IMG/VR virus record: IMGVR_UViG_3300020403_002374
Coordinates: 1-64,000 of that record
DNA from: a virus
Direction: 5' to 3' (one strand)
DNA length: 64,000 bases
This document shows positions 47,383 to 57,100 of the stretch, piece by piece. A program made the translations under genes and the position numbers. The notes under the pieces were generated by a model, which was given only the letters and a program-made list of their open reading frames with translations, was not told the origin of the DNA and did no database searches. The number at the start of each line of letters is the position of its first letter. Positions within the stretch are counted from its first letter, which is position 1.

Positions 47383-48095
47383 AAATAATTGGTTTGATGC
47401 TTGCGTCGAATAATCAGGAAAATGGCCGGTCATATCTGGATATGGTCACTGCCTGTAAAGAGACGTGGATAAAAAAGAGACATCCTAATGTAGAGGTCAT
47501 CTCCACTTGGGGAAAAACGTTTAATCCATACCTCACAGAAAAACTAAATAATAATGAGTGGATGTTAACTCAAGAAAATGACCTATTGATAAACACTGAA
47601 GAGCATAGGGCAAACCTTTTAATTAAAACAGTTAAAGGTATGGAATGTGCCCTATTGAAATATCCAGATTTAGATTACGTCTTTAGGCCAAATTGCGGTA
47701 GCTATATCTGTACAGAACTGCTGTATGATTTTTTAAAAGATCAACCAGATAAGAACTACTATTCTGGAATGTTCGGAGATTATAAGGGGGTAGAGTTTTG
47801 TTCAGGGTCTTGTACATTATACAGTAAAGATGTTGTAGAGCATATCGTAGAAAACCAATCTAAGTTACAGTACGATGGTTGGGATATGATGGACGATGTT
47901 AGTATGGGGAAATTCTTAAAAGAATCTGGTTACAAGCGAACTGACGGTGCAAAAAGAGTTATGATTCAAACAGAGCAACAGTTAGTAGAAAAATGGGACA
48001 AAAAATGCTATCATCATTATTTCTGTCATACTATAAATCCACAACTCATATACAAATGTCATGAATTATTCGAGGGGGTAACAAATGAAAATTGA
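47379..48095 (+). CDS. Galactosyltransferase (GT31)-like protein
   Basis: ETW, KT, DYVFR, SGS, DDVSMG; GTG start. Confidence 0.6.
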   Translation: MKIIGLMLASNNQENGRSYLDMVTACKETWIKKRHPNVEVISTWGKTFNPYLTEKLNNNEWMLTQENDLLINTEEHRANLLIKTVKGMECALLKYPDLDYVFRPNCGSYICTELLYDFLKDQPDKNYYSGMFGDYKGVEFCSGSCTLYSKDVVEHIVENQSKLQYDGWDMMDDVSMGKFLKESGYKRTDGAKRVMIQTEQQLVEKWDKKCYHHYFCHTINPQLIYKCHELFEGVTNEN

Positions 48096-48870
48096 TAGAA
48101 TTGTTACGTCTATAAATGAGAACCCAGACTACGTTTCATTTGCACAGTCTACGTGTTGGATATGGCACAAGTTGGGGTATGCGGTCACACTAAATATTGT
48201 TGGGAACCATACGGTTGACGTAGGCGACACAGCAGAGGTTATCAATTGGGATAATCTACCGTCTGTAGAAAGCAACAAACAATCTCAATTTATTAGAATG
48301 TATAATGCTAGTACATATGGCGATGAAAACTGTATGATTGCAGACATTGATATGATTCCTCTAAGTGATGCACCACTTTTGGCCTACAATAAAGTTCCAG
48401 AGGATCATCTAGCTCAATTCGGTTATGAACACCCAGCGTTTCAAGTATATCCAGATGTTGGAAAATGGCCCATGCATGGGACCGCTGCAAAAGGTAATAC
48501 ATTTAAAGAAATTATTAATCCTCACAACAAGAGTCTGGAACAACTTGCGTTTGAATGGAATATTTCTATGTTAGACCATCGAGCAAGACCTATGGCTAAT
48601 GGGTATTTTTGTGACGAATCTTTAATTAAGTGTCTTCTAGATAAATGGGTGGGAAAAACTAATAGAGTCAGTAGGATACGAAGAGAACAAGCTGGAGATT
48701 TTAAACAGCATGAAGATGGAGGCTATACTGTCTACGGAAGAATAGATAAAGAAAAATGGGACACCATAGAGGGTGAAAATTTACGGGATTATTTTGAAAT
48801 TCATGGACCAAGACCGTTCACAAAAGAATGGTATGGTACAGTCATTGATTTTATAGGAGAAAACAAGTGA
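48085..48870 (+). CDS. Putative GT-A glycosyltransferase
   Basis: SQFIR, ADIDMIPL (DxD), CDE, H..RP. Confidence 0.65.
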   Translation: MKIDRIVTSINENPDYVSFAQSTCWIWHKLGYAVTLNIVGNHTVDVGDTAEVINWDNLPSVESNKQSQFIRMYNASTYGDENCMIADIDMIPLSDAPLLAYNKVPEDHLAQFGYEHPAFQVYPDVGKWPMHGTAAKGNTFKEIINPHNKSLEQLAFEWNISMLDHRARPMANGYFCDESLIKCLLDKWVGKTNRVSRIRREQAGDFKQHEDGGYTVYGRIDKEKWDTIEGENLRDYFEIHGPRPFTKEWYGTVIDFIGENK

Positions 48871-49520
48871 TTTATACTCACCCATTATTTACAAAATTTT
48901 TAGACAGAAATAACGTATCCACAATCGTAGAAGCTGGTGCTAGGTGGGGTGCGGAGTCTAGAGATTTGAGTGAATTTTATAGGCAGGCCGATATATATTC
49001 TTTTGAACCAAACCCTAACACAAGAGAAGATTGTAGAAATGAACTTGAGTCTTTGAGCAATGTAAAGTTCTACGATTTCGGACTTGGTGACAAAAATGAT
49101 GAACTTCCATTCTTTTCTACCCCAACCGGACACGAGGGCTCATCTTCTTTTTTGAAGCGAATAGATTTTGAAAGTTTTCAAGAGCAGACTGGTGTTATTA
49201 AAACTCTTAGGCTTGATGATTTTATGAGAAATGAAGGTATTCAGCATATCGACCTATTATGTATGGATGTTCAAGGTTTTGAACTAAACATATTAAAGGG
49301 TGCTGGAGAATTTATTGATAAGATTAAGTTTGTCATTATGGAAGAACCTACATCAGAGAAGTGGCCTGCATTTTTACCACAAGATATCCATTCTTTTTAT
49401 GTGGGAGCACCGCCCGCATCAGAAATTCAACGTTTTATGATTGATAACGGATTTCAAGAAATTGCAAGAATAAGAGAAAACGATGTAGAAGATAACGTTA
49501 TGTATGGGAGAATCAAATGA
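48867..49520 (+). CDS. FkbM-family methyltransferase
   Basis: EAGARWG, FEPNP, RLDDF, MDVQGFE. Confidence 0.9.
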   Translation: MIYTHPLFTKFLDRNNVSTIVEAGARWGAESRDLSEFYRQADIYSFEPNPNTREDCRNELESLSNVKFYDFGLGDKNDELPFFSTPTGHEGSSSFLKRIDFESFQEQTGVIKTLRLDDFMRNEGIQHIDLLCMDVQGFELNILKGAGEFIDKIKFVIMEEPTSEKWPAFLPQDIHSFYVGAPPASEIQRFMIDNGFQEIARIRENDVEDNVMYGRIK

Positions 49521-50452
49521 AGGTATTACTAACTGGCGGATCAGGATTTCTGGGAAAGAATATTAGGCAAAACTTTCAAGATAAACAGTATAGCCTTACA
49601 TCTCTAAGTAGCAAGGTATATGACCTTAGAGATAGTTATGCCTGCAAGAAAGTAATAGAAAATTATAGCCCTGACGTTATTGTTCATGCTGCTGGCAGCG
49701 TTGGTGGTATTCAGGCAAATAAAGAAAATCCCGGTAAATTCATGTACGATAACCTTTCTATGGGTATGAACATGATTGAACGCACCCGTCAATACCGAGA
49801 TAAAACACAGAAAGATATAAAGTTTATTATGTTGGGCACAGTTTGTGCATATCCAAAATATACACCTACCCCATTTTTGGAAAGCCACCTCTGGGAAGGT
49901 TATCCAGAAGAAACCAACGCACCTTATGGCATCGCTAAGAAAACTTTGATGAAGATGGGCGAGACTTACCATGAACAATATGGGATGAATATTGTAAATA
50001 TTATTCCTGTTAATATGTATGGTCCATACGATCATTTTAATCTTACTAGTAGCCATGTAATACCTGCCCTTATTTTAAAGTTTTATAATGCCATCAAGAA
50101 TAATCAGAAAGAAGTAGAGGTTTGGGGTACGGGTAGAGCATCAAGAGAGTTTTTATATGCTGATGATTGTGCCCAAGCAATTCATTGTGCTATTCATGCC
50201 AATGTCGGACCTGAACCAATCAATATTGGGACCGGAAAAGAGATTACTATTATGGATCTAGCTTTTGAAATTGCTGAACAAATGGCTTACGAAGGCGTTA
50301 TTAAATGGCAATCCGACAAGCCGGATGGTCAGCCCCGCCGTTGCCTGAACACTCATCAGGCTACTGAGAAGTTAAACTTTCGAGCTTCAACGGATTTACA
50401 AACTGGACTTAAACATACCATCGAATGGTTTTTAAAGGAGAATCAAAAATGA
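49517..50452 (+). CDS. fcl: GDP-L-fucose synthase
   Basis: TGGSGFLG, VGGIQAN, GTVCAYPK, YGIAK, SSHVIPAL, WGTGRASREFLY, PDGQPRR. Confidence 0.93.
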   Translation: MKVLLTGGSGFLGKNIRQNFQDKQYSLTSLSSKVYDLRDSYACKKVIENYSPDVIVHAAGSVGGIQANKENPGKFMYDNLSMGMNMIERTRQYRDKTQKDIKFIMLGTVCAYPKYTPTPFLESHLWEGYPEETNAPYGIAKKTLMKMGETYHEQYGMNIVNIIPVNMYGPYDHFNLTSSHVIPALILKFYNAIKNNQKEVEVWGTGRASREFLYADDCAQAIHCAIHANVGPEPINIGTGKEITIMDLAFEIAEQMAYEGVIKWQSDKPDGQPRRCLNTHQATEKLNFRASTDLQTGLKHTIEWFLKENQK

Positions 50453-50886
50453 AACTAGCATTTTATGTTGACACAAATGGTGGAACACCTCTAAACACAG
50501 AAATATACAATTTTCTAAATGAGAATATTGATGAGCTAGAAGATGCGGCAGTGTTTTTTGAGAACACAAACTTTAATCCTGTGCAGGTAAAGTTTGGGAT
50601 GTTTGATGCTGCGGATATTTGGAGTTTTAGTGGAGACCTTGTTTGTACTTCTCCAAGCTCATTTGCTAAAGCAAGAAATGTGGTTAACGACCAAAAGATA
50701 TGTTATATGTTTGACTCTAGTCAAAAAAGAGAAGAATCCTTATTTGATTTATTCTGGATCTCTCAAAGCGTTAAGGTATTTGTGAACAATGAAACAGATG
50801 CAAATATTTTTTACAGAATTACGGGTGTTAAGCCTGTAAATATAGAAGGTTTTAATTTAAGTAAGCTAAAAGAGGTATTCCAATGA
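50449..50886 (+). CDS. Hypothetical protein
   Basis: RBS AAGGAG, ATGA overlap. Confidence 0.75.
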   Translation: MKLAFYVDTNGGTPLNTEIYNFLNENIDELEDAAVFFENTNFNPVQVKFGMFDAADIWSFSGDLVCTSPSSFAKARNVVNDQKICYMFDSSQKREESLFDLFWISQSVKVFVNNETDANIFYRITGVKPVNIEGFNLSKLKEVFQ

Positions 50887-51647
50887 ATGATTTTGATAAA
50901 CAAGTCATCGAACTCTACAACGAAAAGAACAAGAGTACTTATGAGATAGCTAAACAGTTGGAGACATATCCTAACAAGATTAGACGAACGCTAATCAAAC
51001 ACGGTTATGAATTGAAGGATAAAAGTGCGGCACAAAAAGCTGCACTAAACTCTGGTCGTAGCCTACATCCAACTGCGGGTAAAAAAAGAACTGAGCAGCA
51101 AAAAATAGCTATCAGTAAAGGGTTGGTAAGTTATTGGGAAGAAATGAGTGATAAAGAAAAAGCAAGAAGAGTTAGGCAAGCAAAAAATAATTGGAAAAAT
51201 ATGTCGTCAGAACAAAGAGAAGTTATGAGATCTAAGGGAATCGCTGCTATTCGTGCCGCAGCGAAAGAAGGGTCGAAGATGGAAAAATGGGTAAAAGATA
51301 GGCTGGAAGAGGCTGGGTTTTTTGTTCGTATGCATGTTTTGATAATTCCTGCTGAAAATCTAGAAATTGACTTGTATATTCCTGAATTGAAGACTATAAT
51401 AGAGGTAGATGGGCCTAGTCATTTTTTACCAATCTGGGGAGAGGACAAACTCCAGAAACAGGTAAATGCTGACTTGAGGAAGTCAGGTTCTCTCCTATCT
51501 AAAGGATACGCAGTGATCCGTTTGAAGTCACTGGGACAGGAAAGTTTGGCGAAACGTGAAGAAATGTTATCGTCCGTAGTAGACGAAGTAATTAAGATTT
51601 CAAAGAAGTTCCCGCCAAAGGCAAAGCGTTTTATAGAGGTTGAATAA
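50883..51647 (+). CDS. HTH + NUMOD3 + DUF559-type endonuclease (homing-endonuclease-like)
   Basis: STYEIAKQL, GKKRTEQQKIAIS, IDLYIP..IIEVDGPSH. Confidence 0.8.
   Translation: MNDFDKQVIELYNEKNKSTYEIAKQLETYPNKIRRTLIKHGYELKDKSAAQKAALNSGRSLHPTAGKKRTEQQKIAISKGLVSYWEEMSDKEKARRVRQAKNNWKNMSSEQREVMRSKGIAAIRAAAKEGSKMEKWVKDRLEEAGFFVRMHVLIIPAENLEIDLYIPELKTIIEVDGPSHFLPIWGEDKLQKQVNADLRKSGSLLSKGYAVIRLKSLGQESLAKREEMLSSVVDEVIKISKKFPPKAKRFIEVE
51372..51401 (+). promoter_or_regulatory. Intragenic promoter, GACTATAATA class
   Basis: TTGTAT-17-TATAAT about 250 bp upstream of the annealase-like gene. Confidence 0.5.
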
Positions 51648-52405
51648 TGAGTGATGATATGTTTGAGGGCGTTGCTCTTGAGACTCCAGTAAGTGTTGAC
51701 ACTAGCGTAAAAGATGAGATTGTGGCAGATGGTCCAGACCCCACATCTCCAGAATGGAACGACTATGTTCTTGGTTTATTTGCTGAAAACGAGTTGTACG
51801 ATGGTAGACCATTGTGTGCTGGTCTCAGGAGAGTAGCAGAACTTCTGCTAGGAAGGATCGTTATCAGTAGACCTACTCAGGTTTTCCCCCCTACAGCGGG
51901 GGACACTATTGGTAGAGCTACTGTTATTTGGGAAGTGGTATTTGAAGATGGTAGTATTTTCAGTGACGTTGCAGACTGCTGGGAAGGTAACACAGACGAC
52001 ACATTTTGCGTCTTTAACACTGCTACAGCAGCAACCAGAGCAGAGGGTAGGGCTTTAAGAAAGGCTCTTAGACTCAAGACTGTGGCCGCAGAAGAGATGA
52101 CCAAGAAGAATACCGCAAGTATTGTACGTAGTATTAGCCAAACTAAGGCGATGGAAGCGACAGAAGGCGAGTATAATGATTCGCAGAGAATGACTGACCC
52201 ACAAGCCAACTTCATTGATGTCAAGTGTAAGCAGTTGAACCTTAACGTCGCGGAATTCTTTAAGGTGGTATTCGACGTAAATGTAAAGAGAAAAGTAGAT
52301 AAGGGTCAAGCGAGTGCTGCGATCCAAAAACTTAATGATTTCCAAGCTGACAAGGGTCTCATTCCAGACTCTATCAACTCTTACTCATCCGATTGGAGGG
52401 ATTAA
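51647..52405 (+). CDS. Rad52/Erf/Sak-like ssDNA annealing protein
   Basis: Beta-rich core, then ATAATRAEGRALRKAL helix; C-terminal MTDPQ...ASAAIQKL helical domain. Confidence 0.55.
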   Translation: MSDDMFEGVALETPVSVDTSVKDEIVADGPDPTSPEWNDYVLGLFAENELYDGRPLCAGLRRVAELLLGRIVISRPTQVFPPTAGDTIGRATVIWEVVFEDGSIFSDVADCWEGNTDDTFCVFNTATAATRAEGRALRKALRLKTVAAEEMTKKNTASIVRSISQTKAMEATEGEYNDSQRMTDPQANFIDVKCKQLNLNVAEFFKVVFDVNVKRKVDKGQASAAIQKLNDFQADKGLIPDSINSYSSDWRD

Positions 52406-52737
52406 TGAAAGTAAATTATACTTCAAAAAATGGTCGCATTTCAGTTGAATTGGAAGGCGATGGTCAAAGAGAGATTTTCGAGCAGATCTCAAGATTTCAA
52501 GAGGTTTTTGAAGAAGCCTCATGTGGAAAATGTGGCTCTGACAATATTAAATTCGTTGTTCGTAATGTAGATGATAACATGTACTATGAACTTCGTTGTC
52601 AAGATTGTGGAGCAAGGTTGTCCTTTGGTTCTCATAAGAAAGGGGGTGGTTTGTTTCCAAAACGTAAAGATGGCGACAACTGGCTACCTGACCGTGGTTG
52701 GGTAAAGTGGAATCCCAAGACTGAAAAGAACGAATAA
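52405..52737 (+). CDS. Zinc-ribbon phage protein
   Basis: CGKC...CQDC; RBS GGAGG. Confidence 0.8.
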   Translation: MKVNYTSKNGRISVELEGDGQREIFEQISRFQEVFEEASCGKCGSDNIKFVVRNVDDNMYYELRCQDCGARLSFGSHKKGGGLFPKRKDGDNWLPDRGWVKWNPKTEKNE

Positions 52738-52750
52738 AGGAGGATAAAAG

Positions 52751-52780
52751 AAAAGGGGTGGCAAAAACCACCCCTTTTTT
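52751..52780. terminator. Bidirectional intrinsic terminator between convergent operons
   Basis: AAAAGGGGTGG-CAAAAA-CCACCCCTTTTTT. Confidence 0.9.
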
Positions 52781-52800
52781 CTATTTCTACACTAAAATTA

Positions 52801-53265
52801 TTAGGTAGGTGTAGATTCAATCAAAACTCTGGCAGTAAGAGTACCGGTAGCACTTACAGTCTGACCTTGGTGTGCATACCACTGCAAGTCAGTCATTGCA
52901 TCTTGCAACTTATTCGCTCCCCACTTATCGGTGTTACCAGCTTGCCAAACAAACGGTTCGCCACGGGTCAAGTTAACAATAACATTTGTTCCGCCATCAT
53001 CCATGAGATAGCCAGAAGCGGCACTTGCACCTGTAATTTGAGCGGCAGTCTGCTCCCACAGAAACAATACAGATTGTGCGTCAGCAGCAGTCTCAAGATT
53101 AAAGCCGGGAATCGTTTTTGCTGATGTGATAGTGCCGTGTCCTACTACTTCAGCAGAGATATTAATCTCTAAATTACCAGTCTTTGAATAGTTCTCTGTA
53201 ATAGATTTAGTTGAACCACCGGCTGTGTAATTTGTAGTTTGAGCAATAACGTGTGTAAAAGACAT
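52801..53265 (-). CDS. Probable virion protein
   Basis: Thr/Ala/Gly-rich; strong RBS AGGAG; in the late-strand block. Confidence 0.65.
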   Translation of the reverse strand: MSFTHVIAQTTNYTAGGSTKSITENYSKTGNLEINISAEVVGHGTITSAKTIPGFNLETAADAQSVLFLWEQTAAQITGASAASGYLMDDGGTNVIVNLTRGEPFVWQAGNTDKWGANKLQDAMTDLQWYAHQGQTVSATGTLTARVLIESTPT

Positions 53266-53292
53266 GTCAAAATCTCCTATTTAAAATATTCG

Positions 53293-54084
53293 TTATAGGT
53301 ATTCTAGTGTAAAGTAAAGTCCAAAATCAGTTTTGCTTCCAATACTATCGGGGGAAGCACTCAAGGCTACGTACCAGTCGTGACGTGTTGCACGACAAGA
53401 GTTGCCAGATCTTGCAATATAATTAGTATATCCGCCCGCTGTGGAAACATTTGAACCCGGACTATCTTCTGCAATTCTTGTTTCGTCACCGCTAGTATTC
53501 AATCCACTTGGCCCCGGACCGGGAGTCATTACCAAGTCTGCCATAGCAGTTCCATCTGTATACTCACTCCATTGATGAACGTCATCTTCGCCCCTAAATT
53601 TTAATGGGCCAATATCAGAGTCGTAATCGACTCCTTCTGTGGGATTAGGATGCCTAATCTCATAGACTTGAGTAGTAACACCAACCGCATGTGTATTGAT
53701 GTCGTTCCTGTCGAAGATTCTTAATTTGCAGTTCTGAACCCTTACACCAGCAGCATCATCATGCTCGAATCTAATATTCAATGGTGCTTGAAAGTTTGGA
53801 ATTCCAGAAACTCCAATTGGAGTCGTAGAGGATTGGATAAGACAAGTATTCTCATCGGCAGTTTCTACGTACTTAATATTTGAGCATCTAACACCAGAGG
53901 CGGTTCCTGCGGCGTTTGTTACGTATGTCGAGGTTTGATATTCACCAACTGGCACAGAGATACCAAATCCACCACCAAAAAAGCCAAGACCGGACCCGGC
54001 AGTGTGGTTGATAGTATCTGGCGAAGTCGAATGATCGGATACAAGCCAATCGTTATTATTCGCATGAAATGTAATTGTAGGCAT
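53293..54084 (-). CDS. Probable virion protein
   Basis: Gly/Ser/Thr-rich; RBS AGGAG; preceded by GTGTATAATA. Confidence 0.65.
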   Translation of the reverse strand: MPTITFHANNNDWLVSDHSTSPDTINHTAGSGLGFFGGGFGISVPVGEYQTSTYVTNAAGTASGVRCSNIKYVETADENTCLIQSSTTPIGVSGIPNFQAPLNIRFEHDDAAGVRVQNCKLRIFDRNDINTHAVGVTTQVYEIRHPNPTEGVDYDSDIGPLKFRGEDDVHQWSEYTDGTAMADLVMTPGPGPSGLNTSGDETRIAEDSPGSNVSTAGGYTNYIARSGNSCRATRHDWYVALSASPDSIGSKTDFGLYFTLEYL

Positions 54085-54116
54085 TATTTTGATCTCCTAT
54101 TAAAAGATATCCGTAT

Positions 54117-54126
54117 TATTATACAC
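54117..54126 (-). promoter_or_regulatory. Putative late promoter GTGTATAATA
   Basis: Intergenic, 32 bp upstream of ATG 54084, no -35. Confidence 0.65.
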
Positions 54127-54134
54127 AAAAATGG

Positions 54135-57100
54135 TTAAGATGTTGAAATAGAGGCGGAAATAAATTGCTCCGTAAGTTTCATAGACGCAGAACCTCCGGC
54201 AGGACCAGCACCGTGAAACTTTGCATCGTAATCACCAGCAAGCCAAGTCATAGATGTATCGTTGTGGAAACGGTAAAAAACGTCATATGCATTATTTTCT
54301 GATAAGAAATTAGGATCTAACACAATCTCAGTCTCGTTCTGTTCTACAACAAAGGCATCAGCCGCTCCGGTGTCTTGATCGTTGTAAGTCCCCTGTGTAA
54401 ATTGTGGTGCTGTTTTTGATGATGAAACTATAAATTCCGTTTGGTTTTGTGCGTCAATTACTTGACGAGGTTTAGGGTCAGTAACTACATAGGATTGAAT
54501 TTGTGGAGCTAAGAAAGAAAGATCCAAATCTTTCCCATTTGTAGACTCTATAATGTCTAATCTAATTGGTCCTTTAAATCCACTACTCAAAATAGTGCCG
54601 CTAGAAATTGTGTTTGTAACGTTGACCCCAATACCCTCATATTTGAGTTTTACTGGGACACCCTCACCTACACCAGCAATATCAGCAACCTCAGTGACAC
54701 GTAATACCACGTTTTTACTTTCTATTCCAACCTTATCTCCCACACTAAATCCCGTACCAAATCCATTACCATTGTAAATGATTGATTTGATTTGATTACT
54801 AGTCAAATCAGTGATAAATGAAGGGTTTTCATTAAATGGGGCCTGTGTCTTTGGAAACATTTGGTGATCCAGTCCATCTAGTAATATGTTGATTTCCGAT
54901 TCATGCCAATTATCTGCAACTGATGGGACACCTTGTTCGTAAGAAAAATATCTATATGGTAATAGTTTACCAACCCGCGAGGTGACAATAGGCCAAAATT
55001 GCTCATCTGCCAAGGGTGGATCGAAAAACGATGGTGTTGGATTTGTCAGGTCTATAGTAGCATTAGAGAACATAAGAGAGCCAGATTCCAAGTATTGTGT
55101 AACATAATAACCGTCGTTTGCATGTACTTCTGCTCCTGCATACGAGGTATCTTCATGCAACAACCATCTAGCCGGTCTTTTAAAGTCCACTGTGCTACTT
55201 GGTACAGGTGCGAAATAATTCCAAACAATCGGTTCTCCTGCTGCATTTTGACCAGATAGCTCTTTCTTCAAACCATTTCGATTCGATAGTGTTACTGAAG
55301 AACCGGTATCATCGTAAGCAATTATTCTATTCCAGCTAAAAGCACTGTTGTTGTTAAAGTTTGTAGTATTACTTGTTCTGTCTAAATACATGTCATAGGC
55401 ATAATCTATATCTGGATTGTAATGGTGGACTGCAAATACTCTTGGATCATATACAGTTTGATTTCTTGGATGTTCATGGAATATTCTAGCGGCAAGCAAA
55501 GCATAGCCTATTTTTTGGTAGTCTGGCAGAGGACCAGCCGCTCCCCAAGTATGTGTAATGTCAAAGGAAACACCCCCGCCAAATTTAAATTCTGCTGATA
55601 CATCATTTCCCATGCCATACTTGTTGTCAGTGGTAATTGTAATAGACTTTGTTGCTCTAACTGTTGTGAATGTACTAATTACACCAAACGCATTAGGACC
55701 AAGCCGCATGGATGGCGGTGCCCACTGAAACGCACCGTCACCAGTTTGACCCAGAAACGAACCGATAATATTCTTCTCTGTAGCCCAATAACACTGCTTG
55801 CTCAAACCATTATAGCTATATTTGTATATATCATCTATATCTGATCCATACTTAAGTCCGTTTTGAATGTCAAATAACTGATTTTTATAATTAAATTTAT
55901 CTTGAAACTCTCTGGTTTCAAAACATCTAGTAACTGGTCTACTGAAGTCAAATTGGGTTCTGTGAATTTCAGATTCCATCCCCGTTCTCACTTCTTTGGT
56001 CGTTGTAGTAAGATTTTGAGGGCTACTAGTATTGTCTGGATCTTGAGGTGGATTTGCCTTTTTGCTTCCAAATTGCTGATAAGCCTCGATCTTTAATGGT
56101 CTAAACATTAATGTTCCGCCAATAGGTTTAAAATCAAAGGCACTATCATTTTCAGAATATTTAGGTGTCTCACCCTGTACGGCTTCTACCTTTCTAAGGT
56201 ATTCGTTTGCACCCTTGTATATGTTTGTATCTCTAGCTGGAACCCCAGCCTCATACATATCAGCCAATTTATGAATACTGTAAAGCGGGCTACCATTGAC
56301 ACCAGAGGGTGAAGCGTTAAGAGCTATATCTGCTGGTAACTGTACTAAAGCTGTTGATCCGTTGACAGTTTCCTGAAAAAACATAGAACCTTCTGGATGA
56401 AAATGACATCTTGACCATCTGTGGTCTATGTCGCCATCAAGATCTTGCCTTGGTTCATTGGCAGGTTTAGAGTTTGCATGACGACAATTGTTTCTGTTAG
56501 TACCTGCGTTAACGTCAAAACCTTCTGGATCTCCAACTTGAAAAGGTTTTGCATCTGCTGCTATCTGACCCGCTGTGAAAGATTGCAAATTAGACTCACG
56601 AGAAGCTCTAAGACCTGTAAAATAAGACCAAGGTTGTGCTACATAATCTCTACTCTCACCAAAATAATCACTATTACTGGCGTATCCGCCTTCAACAAGC
56701 AAACCAAAAAAGCCTCCGGTGTATGCACCATTCCTACCGTAAATGCGATTCCCCGGATTTGCATTAATATTTATGCCGCAAGAATTCGTTTTAGGGTTGG
56801 TGGTAGCGATAGTGCAAATATCGGATTCGCCTGCTGCACGACCTCTAATTCCGCAAACTTTTGAATCAAGACAATCAAAACTAGTGGTTTGAACATATCC
56901 TCGTGCTGGAATCCAATAATGTCTATTCTCAGGTATCTTATTGCTGAACGGTTTTATATGGTTATATCCACCATCTTGTCCGTAGTCAATATCATAATTT
57001 AATTCGTAATCATATTGATGTGAACCATAAAATGGATATTTACCAAAAAGAGCGTTGGTGTGTTCATTAAACCTGTTATAATAATAGGCGTGGAATCTTT

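Noticed and set aside
34129-50886. Bacterial O-antigen/capsule locus, i.e. a cellular or chimeric contig
   Set aside because: No wzx, wzy, wzm/wzt or initiating transferase. The genes are continuous with phage replication genes and share the same promoter motif.
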